DNA of 64,000 nucleotides, taken from assembly GCA_002687175.1 (NCBI GenBank), contig NYZP01000001.1:839-64838 (forward strand), read 5' to 3'. Under the pieces are notes generated by a model that did not search any database, was not told the DNA's origin, and worked only from the letters and a program-made list of their open reading frames with translations. Source of the stretch: Parcubacteria group bacterium. GTDB lineage: Bacteria; Patescibacteriota; Patescibacteriia; Buchananbacterales; UBA6539. Shown here in pieces: positions 1 to 10,022 of this stretch (position 1 is its first letter; every line of letters begins with the position of its first letter). A program made the position numbers and the translations under genes.

Positions 1-1
1 G

Positions 2-304
2 AAACTTGATTACCAGACAAATACTTTAATCGTTTCTAGTAATCGTGATGACCAAACCTTATTAACTAAAAAATTTGATCTTAAAGATATAAATTGGTTA
101 AAGGGGTCAAAACCAACTACCTCAGAAAAGTTTGGTGTTAAAATTCGTTACCAAGCTAAAACTATACCGTGCACCATGAAAAATAATGAAGTAACTTTAA
201 AAATCGCTGAGCGCGCTATAATGCCGGGTCAGTCAGCCGTTTTTTATAAAAATGAACAGTTGCTAGGTGGTGGAATAATTGCTAAAATTAAATCAACATC
301 ATAA
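2..304 (+). CDS. mnmA: tRNA 2-thiouridine synthase MnmA, C-terminal fragment (5' end outside window)
   Basis: Frame is open from the window start to TAA at 302-304. Translation ends ...AERAIMPGQSAVFYKNEQLLGGGIIAKIKSTS, matching the conserved MnmA C-terminal motif (TPGQSAVFY..CLGGGII). Confidence 0.75.
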   Translation, partial: KLDYQTNTLIVSSNRDDQTLLTKKFDLKDINWLKGSKPTTSEKFGVKIRYQAKTIPCTMKNNEVTLKIAERAIMPGQSAVFYKNEQLLGGGIIAKIKSTS

Positions 305-339
305 AATAACGCTGCACACTACAACTTGGAGGACATACC

Positions 340-825
340 ATGAGCAACCGAAAAATTGTTGGTTACATTAGCATGGTACCGTTAATATTACTGCTCCTGG
401 TAACCAACGGGTGTGTGACCGCCCAAAAACCAATTGAATCTGACGATTCGGCCAGAATTATAATTAACGATGTTGAGTGGGGTGTGACCATTGGCCGAAC
501 AAATGGTGTGATGAGAGTGTTAGTTATAAAAGATGACCAAGAGGAAGAGTTCAATTCTAACATGCACCACATATTGATAACGTCCTCTAAAAAAGATGGG
601 CTGACCGACATTGCCTTCCTTGATCAATTGGTTATTAGGACGCCTGATGGATCGATATTTTCCAGAATTGCCGAGTGCCGAGTAAATGATAAAATGTTGG
701 CCATACTAGCCAGAGGTTTTATTATAGTTCACGAAATCTATATAATTCCTCAACAACCACACCAAGAAGAAGACCGCCAACACCAAAACGACCGCTGGCT
801 AATGTGTTTACAGCAACTCAACTGA
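340..825 (+). CDS. hypothetical lipoprotein (signal peptide with lipobox LVTNGC)
   Basis: ORF-track entry of 161 aa. The N-terminal hydrophobic segment ends in a lipobox-like LVTNGC. No recognisable domain. Confidence 0.4.
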   Translation: MSNRKIVGYISMVPLILLLLVTNGCVTAQKPIESDDSARIIINDVEWGVTIGRTNGVMRVLVIKDDQEEEFNSNMHHILITSSKKDGLTDIAFLDQLVIRTPDGSIFSRIAECRVNDKMLAILARGFIIVHEIYIIPQQPHQEEDRQHQNDRWLMCLQQLN

Positions 826-872
826 GTTGCTTTTTTCTTGATAAAATTAGCTTTTTATAATAGAATCTCTAT

Positions 873-2633
873 ATGACTTCAGAAGAATTAAAAAAGAAAT
901 ATCTTGAATTTTTTAAGTCCAAGGGACATGCAATCATTCCCTCGGCTTCTTTGATTCCGGAAAATGATCCAACGGTTTTGTTTACTACCGCTGGAATGCA
1001 CCCTCTGGTGCCTTATTTAATGGGTGGCTCTCACCCAGAAGGTACGCGAATTACTGATGTCCAAAAATGTATTCGGACCAGTGATATTGATGAAGTTGGT
1101 GACAGTTGGCATTTAACCTTCTTTGAGATGCTTGGTAACTGGTCATTGGGGGACTACTTCAAAAAAGAAGCAATTGAATGGTCATGGGAATTTTTAACAT
1201 CCAACAACTGGCTAGGTTTAGATCCAAAGCGAATCTCCGTGTCCGTATTTTCTGGAGATGAAAATAATAATATACCATTTGATCAAGAAGCATATGATAT
1301 TTGGAAATCAATCGGTATGCCACCAGAGAGAATCTATCGTTATGACAAAAAAGAAAACTGGTGGGGACCAGCCGGTAAAACCGGACCGTGTGGACCAGAT
1401 ACTGAAATGTATTATGACTCGGGAAAGGCAGAATGTGCTAATTGCACCACCGAAGGTCCGGCTTGTGACTGTGGTAAATTTGCTGAAATATGGAATAACG
1501 TATTTATGCAATACAATAAAACAGCTGAAGGAAAATTTGAAGAGTTATCCCAAAAAAATGTTGATACCGGGATGGGAGTTGAAAGAACAGTTGCTATTTT
1601 AAATGGTCAAAAAAATACTTATGACACGGACCTATTTGAAGAAATTATTAAAAAAATAAAAGAACTGGCCACTAACAGTAATCAGACATCGGAAAGAATA
1701 ATTGCTGATCATCTTCGAGCAGCAACTTTTATACTTGGTGATGAGAAAGGTATTTCACCTTCAAATTTAGATCAAGGTTATGTGTTGCGTCGATTAATCC
1801 GTCGAGCAATCCGTCATGGCAAAATTATAGGTATTACTAAGCCATTTAGTTTTATTATTGCTGAAGTTATTATTCAAAAATATAAAGATGATTATAATGA
1901 ACTACAAAAAAATAAAGATTTTATAATAGAGCAGCTTGTGCAAGAAGAAGAAAAATTTTCTAAAACATTAGCCAGGGGATTGAAGGAATTTGAAAAAATT
2001 TCAGAACATGATGTTACAGGCCACGACGCTTTTATTCTATTCACCACTTATGGTCTACCAATTGAAATTGTTAAAGATTTGGCAAAAGAAAATGATATTT
2101 CGGTTGATGAGAAAAATTTTGAAATTGAATTAAAAAAACATCAAAATCTTTCACGAACGGCAACAGCCGGAAAATTTAAAGGAGGGTTAGCTGACCATTC
2201 TGAAGAAACAACTCGTTTACATACTACTAATCATCTAACCCTTCAAGCCTTGAGAACGGTTCTAGGTGACCACGTAAATCAAAAAGGTTCAAATATTACT
2301 AAAGATCGGCTAAGGTTTGATTTTTCTCATGATAAAAAAATGACGCCAGAAGAAATTCAAAAAGTTGAAGACATAGTAAATGAACAAATTAATAATAAAC
2401 TCGATGTTTCTTTTGAAGAAATGTCTGTCGAAGAAGCTAAGGAAAAAAATGCTATTGGGGTATTTGAACATAAATATGCTGATAAAGTGAAGGTTTATAA
2501 AATGGGAGATTTTTCACTGGAGATTTGTGGTGGACCTCATGTTAAAAATACCGGGGAATTGGGTCATTTTAAAATCACAAAAGAAGAGTCAAGTTCAGCC
2601 GGTGTCAGAAGAATTAAAGCAGTTTTACAATAG
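873..2633 (+). CDS. alaS: alanine--tRNA ligase, short form (catalytic + tRNA-recognition + editing-like region, lacks C-Ala domain)
   Basis: N-terminal FTTAGM and GGSHPEG motifs, the HTTNHL editing-site-like motif and the ICGGPHV zinc motif are present. Only 586 aa, against about 870 aa for canonical AlaRS. Confidence 0.85.
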   Translation: MTSEELKKKYLEFFKSKGHAIIPSASLIPENDPTVLFTTAGMHPLVPYLMGGSHPEGTRITDVQKCIRTSDIDEVGDSWHLTFFEMLGNWSLGDYFKKEAIEWSWEFLTSNNWLGLDPKRISVSVFSGDENNNIPFDQEAYDIWKSIGMPPERIYRYDKKENWWGPAGKTGPCGPDTEMYYDSGKAECANCTTEGPACDCGKFAEIWNNVFMQYNKTAEGKFEELSQKNVDTGMGVERTVAILNGQKNTYDTDLFEEIIKKIKELATNSNQTSERIIADHLRAATFILGDEKGISPSNLDQGYVLRRLIRRAIRHGKIIGITKPFSFIIAEVIIQKYKDDYNELQKNKDFIIEQLVQEEEKFSKTLARGLKEFEKISEHDVTGHDAFILFTTYGLPIEIVKDLAKENDISVDEKNFEIELKKHQNLSRTATAGKFKGGLADHSEETTRLHTTNHLTLQALRTVLGDHVNQKGSNITKDRLRFDFSHDKKMTPEEIQKVEDIVNEQINNKLDVSFEEMSVEEAKEKNAIGVFEHKYADKVKVYKMGDFSLEICGGPHVKNTGELGHFKITKEESSSAGVRRIKAVLQ

Positions 2634-2691
2634 TAATTAAAATCTACTTAATTTAGCTATTTTTTGAGTGATAACTAGCACCTTAATTTTA

Positions 2692-2759
2692 TTGACACAA
2701 TTGACTTTTTAGTATATTATAATTCTATTATTGACAAATTAACCAATTAAACGTATTGT
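2692..2759 (+). promoter_or_regulatory. candidate sigma70-like promoters upstream of the infA-r-protein operon
   Basis: TTGACA (2692-2697), a 17-nt spacer, then TATTAT. A second TTGACA (2731-2736), a 17-nt spacer, then TATTGT. The surrounding region is AT-rich and non-coding. Confidence 0.3.
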
Positions 2760-2872
2760 AAAATAGGTGAAAATATATAAAAAATATATAAAATTTGTCT
2801 TATTTTAAATAAAATTCTGGCCTTGAGCATATAATCATCAGAAGCTGCCAAGAATTTTATTTTTTCTAAAAT

Positions 2873-3109
2873 ATGGTCAAAAACAAAAAAACTATTCCTA
2901 GTAAAGAATTCATAGAAGTCGACGGAGAGATTCAAGAACTCCTGCCGGCTGCTACCTTTAAAGTTAAATTAGAGAATGGTGTTGATATTTTAGCTCACCT
3001 TTCTGGCAAAATGAGAATGTATAAAATCAGAATATTGCCTGGGGACAAAGTAAAAATTCAAATGACTCCATACGACTTAACAAAAGGTAGAATAACTTAT
3101 CGTTATTAA
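2873..3109 (+). CDS. infA: translation initiation factor IF-1
   Basis: 78 aa, S1-like fold. The sequence ...[40 protein letters not shown] is typical IF-1. Confidence 0.9.
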   Translation: MVKNKKTIPSKEFIEVDGEIQELLPAATFKVKLENGVDILAHLSGKMRMYKIRILPGDKVKIQMTPYDLTKGRITYRY

Positions 3110-3114
3110 TTATT

Positions 3115-3228
3115 ATGAAAGTAAGATCTTCGGTAAAAAAAATGTGCAAAGACTGTAGAGTGATCCGTCGAAATAAACGTGTTCACATTATTTGTAAAAA
3201 TCCGAGGCATCGACAACGTCAAGGCTAA
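3115..3228 (+). CDS. rpmJ: 50S ribosomal protein L36
   Basis: 37-aa ORF, absent from the ORF track (under 60 aa): [37 protein letters not shown]. It has the C-x2-C...C...H zinc ribbon and the canonical position between infA and rpsM. Confidence 0.85.
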   Translation: MKVRSSVKKMCKDCRVIRRNKRVHIICKNPRHRQRQG

Positions 3229-3231
3229 ATT

Positions 3232-3621
3232 ATGGCTAGAATCGCAGGAATTACATTACCTAAAGATAAACGAATAGCAGTAGGTTTAACCTACATTTTT
3301 GGTATAGGCCGTAACGTCTCTACAAATATTTTAAAAAAGGCTGATGTCAGTCCAGACATTAGAGTAAAAGATTTAACAGAAGATCAAACAAATAAACTAC
3401 GAGAAATTATTGAAAAAGATCATAAGGTTGAAGGGGAACTAAAAAGAGAAGTTTTATTGAATGTTAAAAGGCTAAAAGAAATTTCCAGTTACCGTGGTTC
3501 TAGACATTCGAAGAAACTACCAGTACGTGGTCAACGCACTAAAACTAACAATCGAACTGCCCGAGGTAACGTTCGTAAAACCATGGGTTCTGGCCGTAAA
3601 GGGGCTGCACAGAAAACTTAA
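3232..3621 (+). CDS. rpsM: 30S ribosomal protein S13
   Basis: [28 protein letters not shown]... is the S13 signature. Its position between rpmJ and rpsK fits. Confidence 0.9.
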   Translation: MARIAGITLPKDKRIAVGLTYIFGIGRNVSTNILKKADVSPDIRVKDLTEDQTNKLREIIEKDHKVEGELKREVLLNVKRLKEISSYRGSRHSKKLPVRGQRTKTNNRTARGNVRKTMGSGRKGAAQKT

Positions 3622-3633
3622 AAATTTATACTT

Positions 3634-4107
3634 ATGGGACAAAAAAAAATTACAAACATGTCTGAAACTCCTGATCAGAAAAAAGAAGAAAAAAAGTCCG
3701 CCGAAGGCGGAGAAGTTAAATCTATACCAAAGGCAAAATCAAAGAAAAAAATTAAACGCCAGGTTTCTGCTGGTAGCGCTTATATTCAGGCGACTTATAA
3801 TAATACAATTATTACTTTTACTGATGCTCAGGGTAATGCCTTAGCTCAATGTTCAGCTGGACAAGTTGGTTTTAAGGGACCAAAAAAATCTACCCCTTAT
3901 GCTGCCGGAATTATTGTGGCCCAGGCAGTGGAGAAAGTAAAACCTTACGGACTTAAAGAAGTTAGTGTTTTCGTTAGGGGAGTTGGTGGTGGACGGGAAG
4001 CGGCTATACGGTCTTTAAATGCCAACGGTATTAATGTTTTAGGCATTAAAGATGTAACTCCTATTCCTCATAATGGTTGCCGTCCTAAAAAACCACGCCG
4101 AGTTTAA
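3634..4107 (+). CDS. rpsK: 30S ribosomal protein S11 (with Lys-rich N-terminal extension)
   Basis: The conserved S11 core is present ([34 protein letters not shown]...). The first ~40 aa are K/E-rich. Confidence 0.9.
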   Translation: MGQKKITNMSETPDQKKEEKKSAEGGEVKSIPKAKSKKKIKRQVSAGSAYIQATYNNTIITFTDAQGNALAQCSAGQVGFKGPKKSTPYAAGIIVAQAVEKVKPYGLKEVSVFVRGVGGGREAAIRSLNANGINVLGIKDVTPIPHNGCRPKKPRRV

Positions 4108-4122
4108 TTAAAAAAATAATCT

Positions 4123-4725
4123 ATGCAAGTAAAAACCCATAAAGCCTGTAGACGTTACGGAATAAAATTATGCCAATCTGACAAATGTCCGGTTATTCGT
4201 CGTAACTATAAACCAGGAATTCACGGTAATAAGCGAAGGGCCAGACTCACAGAATATGGTACTCAATTAAGAGAAAAACAGATCGCCAAAGCAATTTATG
4301 GGATTATGGAAAAACAATTTAGTAATTATTATAAAAAAGCAATTAACCAGCAAGGAGATACCGGGGAGTTAATACAGCAAATGCTAGAAACTAGATTAGA
4401 CAATGCTGTCTTCCGAGCCGGCTTTGCTAAAACTCGACCACTGGCCAGACAGCTAGTTAGTCATGGAATGTTCTTAGTAAACGGTAAAAAAACAAATATT
4501 CCTTCCTATCAAATCAAAGTAAAAGACGAAATATCAATTAAGCCGGAAAAAATAAAGGCTAAAGTATTTAACGATCTGGAAAAAAAACTGGAAAAATACA
4601 CCGTACCATCTTGGCTAGCCCTTGATCTAAAAAATAATAAGGTAAAAGTGGTTTCCCGACCTTCTGGTAATGAACTGGAGAATACTTTTAATCCACGTTT
4701 AATCGTAGAATTTTATTCAAAATAA
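4123..4725 (+). CDS. rpsD: 30S ribosomal protein S4
   Basis: N-terminal zinc-finger-like C-x..C region and S4 domain (LETRLDNAVFRAGFAKTRPLARQLVSHGMFLVNGKK). Confidence 0.9.
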   Translation: MQVKTHKACRRYGIKLCQSDKCPVIRRNYKPGIHGNKRRARLTEYGTQLREKQIAKAIYGIMEKQFSNYYKKAINQQGDTGELIQQMLETRLDNAVFRAGFAKTRPLARQLVSHGMFLVNGKKTNIPSYQIKVKDEISIKPEKIKAKVFNDLEKKLEKYTVPSWLALDLKNNKVKVVSRPSGNELENTFNPRLIVEFYSK

Positions 4726-4768
4726 TTAGACAAAAACTTTTTAATAATTACAAGTTAAAAACAATTAT

Positions 4769-5638
4769 ATGGAAAACATTTCCTTGCCATCAAAAATTGA
4801 AATTGAAGACACTAAAGAAAAAAATAAGTCTATTATAACAATACAGCCATGTCACCCCGGCTATGGCACTACTCTGGGTAATGCCTTACGTCGAGTATTA
4901 CTTTCTTCTTTACCTGGCGGAGCAGTAATTGCTTTTAAAATTGAAGGAGCCAGTCATGAATTTTCCGGTATTGATAACGTTAAAGAGGATCTGGTGGAAA
5001 TTTCGTTAAATTTAAAACAACTTGGGTTAAATATTTTCACCGATGAACCAGTAAAATTAGAATTAAAAGCAAAAGGTGAAAAAAAAGTTACAGCCAAAGA
5101 TATTAAAACTACCAGTGATGTAGAGGTTATTAATAGCGATCTAGTGATTGCTACTTTAACCAGTAAAACTGCTGAGCTAAACATGGAAATTTTAGTTACT
5201 AAGGGCCGGGGATATGTCCCCTCAGAATCTAGGGAAAAAGAAGATTTGGAAGTGGGGATGATCGTAATCGACTCAATTTTTACCCCAATTAAAAACGTTG
5301 GTTTTCAAATTGAAAATGTCCGAGTGGGAAAAATGACCAACTACGAAAATCTAATTATAACTATTGAGACTGATGGTACTATTACTCCCAAGGAAGCTTT
5401 GAATCAATCAGTAAAAATTTTATTAGATCATTTTAATCAAATTGCTGTTGAGACTAAAGATGGTGCTAAGCCAAAAAAAGTTAAAAAGGAAAATACCAAA
5501 AAAACTGAAGAAGAACCAGAAGAAAAAACTGAAGCCAAAGAAAAAGAAGTCAAAAAAGCTAAAAAGGCTGACAAGGCCCTAGAAGAAGATAAAGAAGACA
5601 CTGAAGAAACTAAAGAAGAAAAACCTAAAAAAGCTTAA
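4769..5638 (+). CDS. rpoA: DNA-directed RNA polymerase alpha subunit, NTD only with K/E-rich low-complexity tail (no alpha-CTD)
   Basis: The alpha NTD is conserved (GYGTTLGNALRRVLLSSLPGGAVIAFKIEGASHEF...). The last ~55 aa are KKVKKENTKKTEEEPEEKTEAKEKEVKK...EEKPKKA, with no helix-hairpin-helix CTD. Confidence 0.85.
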   Translation: MENISLPSKIEIEDTKEKNKSIITIQPCHPGYGTTLGNALRRVLLSSLPGGAVIAFKIEGASHEFSGIDNVKEDLVEISLNLKQLGLNIFTDEPVKLELKAKGEKKVTAKDIKTTSDVEVINSDLVIATLTSKTAELNMEILVTKGRGYVPSESREKEDLEVGMIVIDSIFTPIKNVGFQIENVRVGKMTNYENLIITIETDGTITPKEALNQSVKILLDHFNQIAVETKDGAKPKKVKKENTKKTEEEPEEKTEAKEKEVKKAKKADKALEEDKEDTEETKEEKPKKA

Positions 5639-5646
5639 ATCCAAAT

Positions 5647-5997
5647 ATGCGTCATCAGAAAAAAGGAACAATCTTAGGCCGTAAAAAAGCACCACGGAAA
5701 GCCCTGATGCGTAGTTTAGCTACATCAATTATAATCTACGAAAAAGTTAAAACTACTAAAGCTAAGGCCAAGGCGGTTAAACCAGTAGTCGAGAAATTAG
5801 TTACTACTGCTAAAAAGAATGACTTAACGGCGAGACGTAAATTATTAGAAGTTCTGTACCATAAAAAAGCGGTTAATAAAGCTTTAGAAGTATTAGGACC
5901 ACGTTATAAAAACCGCAAGGGTGGCTACACTAGAATTATTAATTTAGAAAACCGTCAAGGCGATAATGCTGAAATGGTTCAGATTGAATTTGTATAA
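5647..5997 (+). CDS. rplQ: 50S ribosomal protein L17
   Basis: MRHQKKGTILGRKKAPRKALMRSLATS...GGYTRIINLENRQGDNAEMVQIEFV is L17-like. Confidence 0.9.
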   Translation: MRHQKKGTILGRKKAPRKALMRSLATSIIIYEKVKTTKAKAKAVKPVVEKLVTTAKKNDLTARRKLLEVLYHKKAVNKALEVLGPRYKNRKGGYTRIINLENRQGDNAEMVQIEFV

Positions 5998-5999
5998 AT

Positions 6000-6449
6000 A
6001 TGGCCGAACATAAAAAATCTACAACCAAAAATATAGAAAAGGCTATTAAAGATAGTTCCCAGAAAGCGAAGAAAAAAAAGGTATCCAAAAAACCAGTTAT
6101 TGATCGGCAGACTCACAAGATAGATGCCAAGGGAAAAATTTTAGGCCGTTTATCAACCGAGGTGGCTCAAATTTTAAGAGGTAAAAATAAACCAAGTTTT
6201 TTACCACATGTTGATGGTGGTGATTTCGTAGTTATTTCTAATGCTTCACAAATTAAAACAACTGGGAAAAAGATGGAACAAAAAGTTTATTACCATTACT
6301 CTGGTTATCCAGGTGGACTTAAAGAAAAAAAGATGTCAAAAGTTTTCGAGAAGGATCCAGGTGAAATTATTAAACGAGCCGTTTGGAATATGTTACCAAA
6401 GAATAAACTTCGCACAAGTATGATAAAACGTTTAATTGTTAAAAACTAG
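6000..6449 (+). CDS. rplM: 50S ribosomal protein L13
   Basis: KIDAKGKILGRLSTEVAQILRGKNKPSFLPHVDGGDFVVISNASQIKTTGKK...YYHYSGYPGGL is the L13 signature. Confidence 0.9.
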   Translation: MAEHKKSTTKNIEKAIKDSSQKAKKKKVSKKPVIDRQTHKIDAKGKILGRLSTEVAQILRGKNKPSFLPHVDGGDFVVISNASQIKTTGKKMEQKVYYHYSGYPGGLKEKKMSKVFEKDPGEIIKRAVWNMLPKNKLRTSMIKRLIVKN

Positions 6450-6450
6450 C

Positions 6451-6990
6451 ATGCCAATTACTAAAAAAACAGCTACCGCTGAAAAAAAATCGGAACAAAA
6501 GACTATCAAAAAACCAACTGCTAAAAAAACGGTTAAGAAGTCTGAAAAAAAAGTTACCACTAAAGACACTGACGACGACGAACCAAAAAAACGTGTTCGA
6601 CACAGTTATTTGTTTGCTGTTGGACGAAGAAAAAAAGCTGTTGCCCGCGTTAGACTTTTTAAAAAAGGTAATGGTGAAATTTTAGTAAATGATAAGCAAA
6701 TTAAAGAATACTTTCCAACTTTTGAACTTAGAGAAATTGTTGTTGAGCCCCTGGAAAAAATCGGCGCCATCAAAGATTTTAATTTCTCAATTAAAGTCCG
6801 TGGTGGTGGTTCTCGCGGCCAAGCCGAAGCGGTGAGACATGGTATTGCCCGAAGTCTGGTAGTTTATGATAAAGATTTAAGAACAACTTTAAAACCATAC
6901 GGTTTTCTAAAACGTGATCCTCGTCGTAAAGAACGAAAAAAACCTGGTTTAAAACGTGCTCGTCGAGCACCTCAGTGGGCTAAACGATAG
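6451..6990 (+). CDS. rpsI: 30S ribosomal protein S9 with ~50-aa Lys-rich N-terminal extension
   Basis: The S9 core is present (GRRKKAVARVRLFKKGNGEILVN...GGGSRGQAEAVRHGIARSL...KRDPRRKERKK). The ATG at 6451 follows the rplM stop. The track ORF starts at 6436. Confidence 0.85.
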   Translation: MPITKKTATAEKKSEQKTIKKPTAKKTVKKSEKKVTTKDTDDDEPKKRVRHSYLFAVGRRKKAVARVRLFKKGNGEILVNDKQIKEYFPTFELREIVVEPLEKIGAIKDFNFSIKVRGGGSRGQAEAVRHGIARSLVVYDKDLRTTLKPYGFLKRDPRRKERKKPGLKRARRAPQWAKR

Positions 6991-7008
6991 AGTTACAAAA
7001 ATACTAAA

Positions 7009-7031
7009 GCGGGGCAAACGCCCCGTTTTTT
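7009..7031 (+). terminator. rho-independent terminator after rpsI
   Basis: GCGGGGC-AAAC-GCCCCG stem-loop followed by TTTTTT. Confidence 0.7.
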
Positions 7032-7046
7032 GATATAATAAAATAT

Positions 7047-7592
7047 ATGAAAGAAAACAATGAAATTGCAATTTTCGGTGGGGGATGCTTTTGGTGTACC
7101 GAAGCCACTTTTAGCCAACTAAAAGGTGTCAACAAAGTTACTCCTGGTTTTGCTGGTGGAACTGGTGATGTTAACTACGAAAAAATTCACAGCGATAACA
7201 CTGGGCACGCTGAAATGATTGAGGTAACTTTTGACCCAGAGATCATTTCATATGATGATTTACTGTCCGTCTTTTTCACAATTCATGACCCAACCACAAT
7301 TAATAAACAAGGGGCTGATGTTGGTACTGAATATCGGTCAATGATTTTATACACCTCTGATGATCAAAAAACTAAAGCTGAAGCAATGATAAAAAAATTA
7401 AATGATGACAACAAAACGTATGATATGCCAATTGTTACTGAAATAAAACCACTAGACAAGTTTATTAAAGCTGAAGACTACCACCATAATTACTACGAAA
7501 ATAATAAAGATCAACCTTATTGTCAGATTGTGATTAATCCAAAATTAGAAAAACTAAAAGAAAAACACGCTGAGCTTTTGAAAATTTCTTAA
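7047..7592 (+). CDS. msrA: peptide methionine sulfoxide reductase MsrA
   Basis: Catalytic GCFWC motif (IAIFGGGCFWCTEATF) and MsrA fold-length protein of 181 aa. Confidence 0.9.
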   Translation: MKENNEIAIFGGGCFWCTEATFSQLKGVNKVTPGFAGGTGDVNYEKIHSDNTGHAEMIEVTFDPEIISYDDLLSVFFTIHDPTTINKQGADVGTEYRSMILYTSDDQKTKAEAMIKKLNDDNKTYDMPIVTEIKPLDKFIKAEDYHHNYYENNKDQPYCQIVINPKLEKLKEKHAELLKIS

Positions 7593-7624
7593 TTACTTTA
7601 ATTTTGTAAACCTTCTACTAACCT

Positions 7625-8782
7625 ATGAAAAAATCAAATATTGCGATAATATTAATTATAGTAATCATAATTATTGGTTTTTGGCTATTCAATAGATTTG
7701 GTGATGATTTTAACTTGCCCAGTGGAAGGGAAACAACAACTGAAACTATTGTCATTTCAAATGGACAGGTGATTGGTACCGCTGATGAATTGGGTCAAAC
7801 AAGTGATGATAATTCAGACTATGAGCCAACTGGTACAATTCAAGACGATAATCCTGCCCAACCAAAAAATCCCATTGCCGTAAATGACGATTTAACAAAT
7901 ATTCAAACCAAAGAAATTATGATTACTGATGGTGTTAAGCACAGTATCCCTTTGGATAAAATAGTTGGTGGCGGTCCACCGAAAGATGGAATCCCCTCAA
8001 TAGACAATCCTAAATTCACGACTGTCTCTGAGGCCAGTGATGAGTTTGCTGACGAGGATCCAGGGATTGCCGTTAGTCTAAATGGTATAGATCGTTTTTA
8101 TCCCTTTCAAATATTAGTCTGGCATGAAATTGTAAATGATACCTTTGATGACCAAAGAGTATTGGTTACTTACTGCCCACTTTGCCTGTCAGGTATTGTC
8201 TTTGATCCAGTAGTTAATGGTCAAAGAGTAGAATTTGGTACTTCTGGAAAATTGTGGAATTCTAACTTAGTGATGTACGATCGAAAAACTGACAGCCTGT
8301 GGTCACAAATTTTAGGTGAGGCAGTAGTAGGGGAATTAACCGGAACTCAGCTAAAAATATTAGAATCGGATCAAATGCGCTTTGGCGAATGGAAAAGATT
8401 AAATCCTAATGGCCAAGTACTTTCCAAAGATACTGGCGCGACCAGATTTTACGGCCGTGACCCATATGGCGATTACTACACCTCACCAGGAGTATTTTTC
8501 AATGTTGATAACCGTGATGACCGGCTACCAGAAAAAGCTTTTGTCCTAGGGATTGTAATTGGTGAAGAGGCTAAAGCATATTTACCAGAAGCGGTTAAAA
8601 AAGTTGGAACCTTAGAAGATAAGTTTGCCGGTAAAACTATTATTGCTGAATATAAATCCGATATCGATACCGTTCAACTATTTGAAAAAAGATCGGATGG
8701 AACTCGAGAAAGGATTAATCCATTCCCGAACTTCTGGTTTTCCTGGGTAGCGGTTCACCCGGACACTGAATTATATAAATAA
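7625..8782 (+). CDS. membrane-anchored DUF3179-family protein
   Basis: N-terminal TM segment. The central region (FYPFQILVWHEIVNDTFDDQRVLVTYCPLCLSGIVFDP...) resembles the DUF3179 family. Confidence 0.5.
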   Translation: MKKSNIAIILIIVIIIIGFWLFNRFGDDFNLPSGRETTTETIVISNGQVIGTADELGQTSDDNSDYEPTGTIQDDNPAQPKNPIAVNDDLTNIQTKEIMITDGVKHSIPLDKIVGGGPPKDGIPSIDNPKFTTVSEASDEFADEDPGIAVSLNGIDRFYPFQILVWHEIVNDTFDDQRVLVTYCPLCLSGIVFDPVVNGQRVEFGTSGKLWNSNLVMYDRKTDSLWSQILGEAVVGELTGTQLKILESDQMRFGEWKRLNPNGQVLSKDTGATRFYGRDPYGDYYTSPGVFFNVDNRDDRLPEKAFVLGIVIGEEAKAYLPEAVKKVGTLEDKFAGKTIIAEYKSDIDTVQLFEKRSDGTRERINPFPNFWFSWVAVHPDTELYK

Positions 8783-8832
8783 GTTAAATTAGATTATAAA
8801 TTTTTACAATTAATAAGAAAGGATAACATAAT

Positions 8833-9429
8833 ATGGCACATCAACTGGACCCATTACCATATGCTTATGATAGTTTAGAACCATACATCGATAAGCAAAC
8901 CATGGAAATCCATCATGGCAAACATCATCAAGCTTATGTCAATAAACTTAATGCCGCTTTAGAGGGACATGATGACTTAGCCGCTAAATCAATTGAAGAT
9001 TTAATTAAAGATTTGAATTCCATTCCCGAAGAAATCAAAGGAGCAGTCCAAAACAATGGCGGCGGTCATGCTAATCACTCATTTTTTTGGTCAATTCTTA
9101 AAAAAGATATTACTTGTGACGGCGAAATCAAAGAAGCCATTGATAAAAAATTTGGTAGCTTTGATGCTTTTAAAGAAGAGTTTACTAAAGCTGCCGCCAC
9201 TCGCTTTGGTAGTGGCTGGGCTTGGCTAGTATCTAATAATGGTGAACTGGAAGTAATGTCCACCGCTAATCAAGATTCACCGCTGTCTGAAGGTAAAACT
9301 CCGTTAGTTTGTCTTGATGTTTGGGAACATGCTTATTATCTTAAATACCAAAATAAACGACCTGACTATATTGAAGCTTTTTTCAATATAATTAATTGGG
9401 AGGAAGTTAACAAAAATTTTCAAGGTTAA
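8833..9429 (+). CDS. sodA: Fe/Mn superoxide dismutase
   Basis: [29 protein letters not shown]... and [19 protein letters not shown] are metal-ligand motifs. Confidence 0.9.
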   Translation: MAHQLDPLPYAYDSLEPYIDKQTMEIHHGKHHQAYVNKLNAALEGHDDLAAKSIEDLIKDLNSIPEEIKGAVQNNGGGHANHSFFWSILKKDITCDGEIKEAIDKKFGSFDAFKEEFTKAAATRFGSGWAWLVSNNGELEVMSTANQDSPLSEGKTPLVCLDVWEHAYYLKYQNKRPDYIEAFFNIINWEEVNKNFQG

Positions 9430-9451
9430 CTAAAAGTTAATTAGTTAAATT

Positions 9452-10015
9452 ATGAACAAAAACTATTTAATTATTGCCATTGTAATCGTTGTGGTTATTA
9501 TTGGTGGAGTTGTTCTCTACAATGGTGATTCCACTAATAACAACCAGAATACGAACAGTGGCGCAACAACTAATAATCAACCGGTAGTTAAAGAACCTAA
9601 ACAAGACAAAGCTCCGGCTTTTAGTTTACAAGACTACGAGGGCAATACCGTCAGTTCAACTGACTTTGCTGGCAAATCACTAATTGTTAACTCCTGGGCC
9701 AGCTGGTGTCCATTTTGCGTTGATGAACTTCCAGACTTTGCAACTATTCAAAGTGAATTCAAAGATGACATAGTCATTATTGCCATTAACCGAGTTGAAT
9801 CAATCAGTACCGCCAAAGGATTTTCTGATAAATTAGGTGTTAGTGGTAAATTAGTTTTACTATTAGACCCTGGTGATTCTTTCTACCAATCAATCGGCGG
9901 TTTTTCCATGCCGGAAACAATCTTTGTCGATACTGAAGGTAATATTGTTGAACATAAACGTGGCATAATGTCGCTAAGCCAAATTCGTTCAAAAGTTAAT
10001 CAATACTTTAAATAA
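9452..10015 (+). CDS. membrane-anchored thiol:disulfide oxidoreductase (TlpA/ResA-like thioredoxin)
   Basis: TM anchor followed by a thioredoxin fold with the WCPFC active site (LIVNSWASWCPFCVDELPDF). Confidence 0.7.
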   Translation: MNKNYLIIAIVIVVVIIGGVVLYNGDSTNNNQNTNSGATTNNQPVVKEPKQDKAPAFSLQDYEGNTVSSTDFAGKSLIVNSWASWCPFCVDELPDFATIQSEFKDDIVIIAINRVESISTAKGFSDKLGVSGKLVLLLDPGDSFYQSIGGFSMPETIFVDTEGNIVEHKRGIMSLSQIRSKVNQYFK

Positions 10016-10022
10016 CTGAACC

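Noticed and set aside
3494-3844. 116-aa + strand ORF overlapping rpsM/rpsK in another frame, and similar antisense ORFs inside alaS, rpoA, sodA and ALS
   Set aside because: They sit entirely inside well-supported conserved genes. Their products are low-complexity and AT-rich. These are spurious frames.
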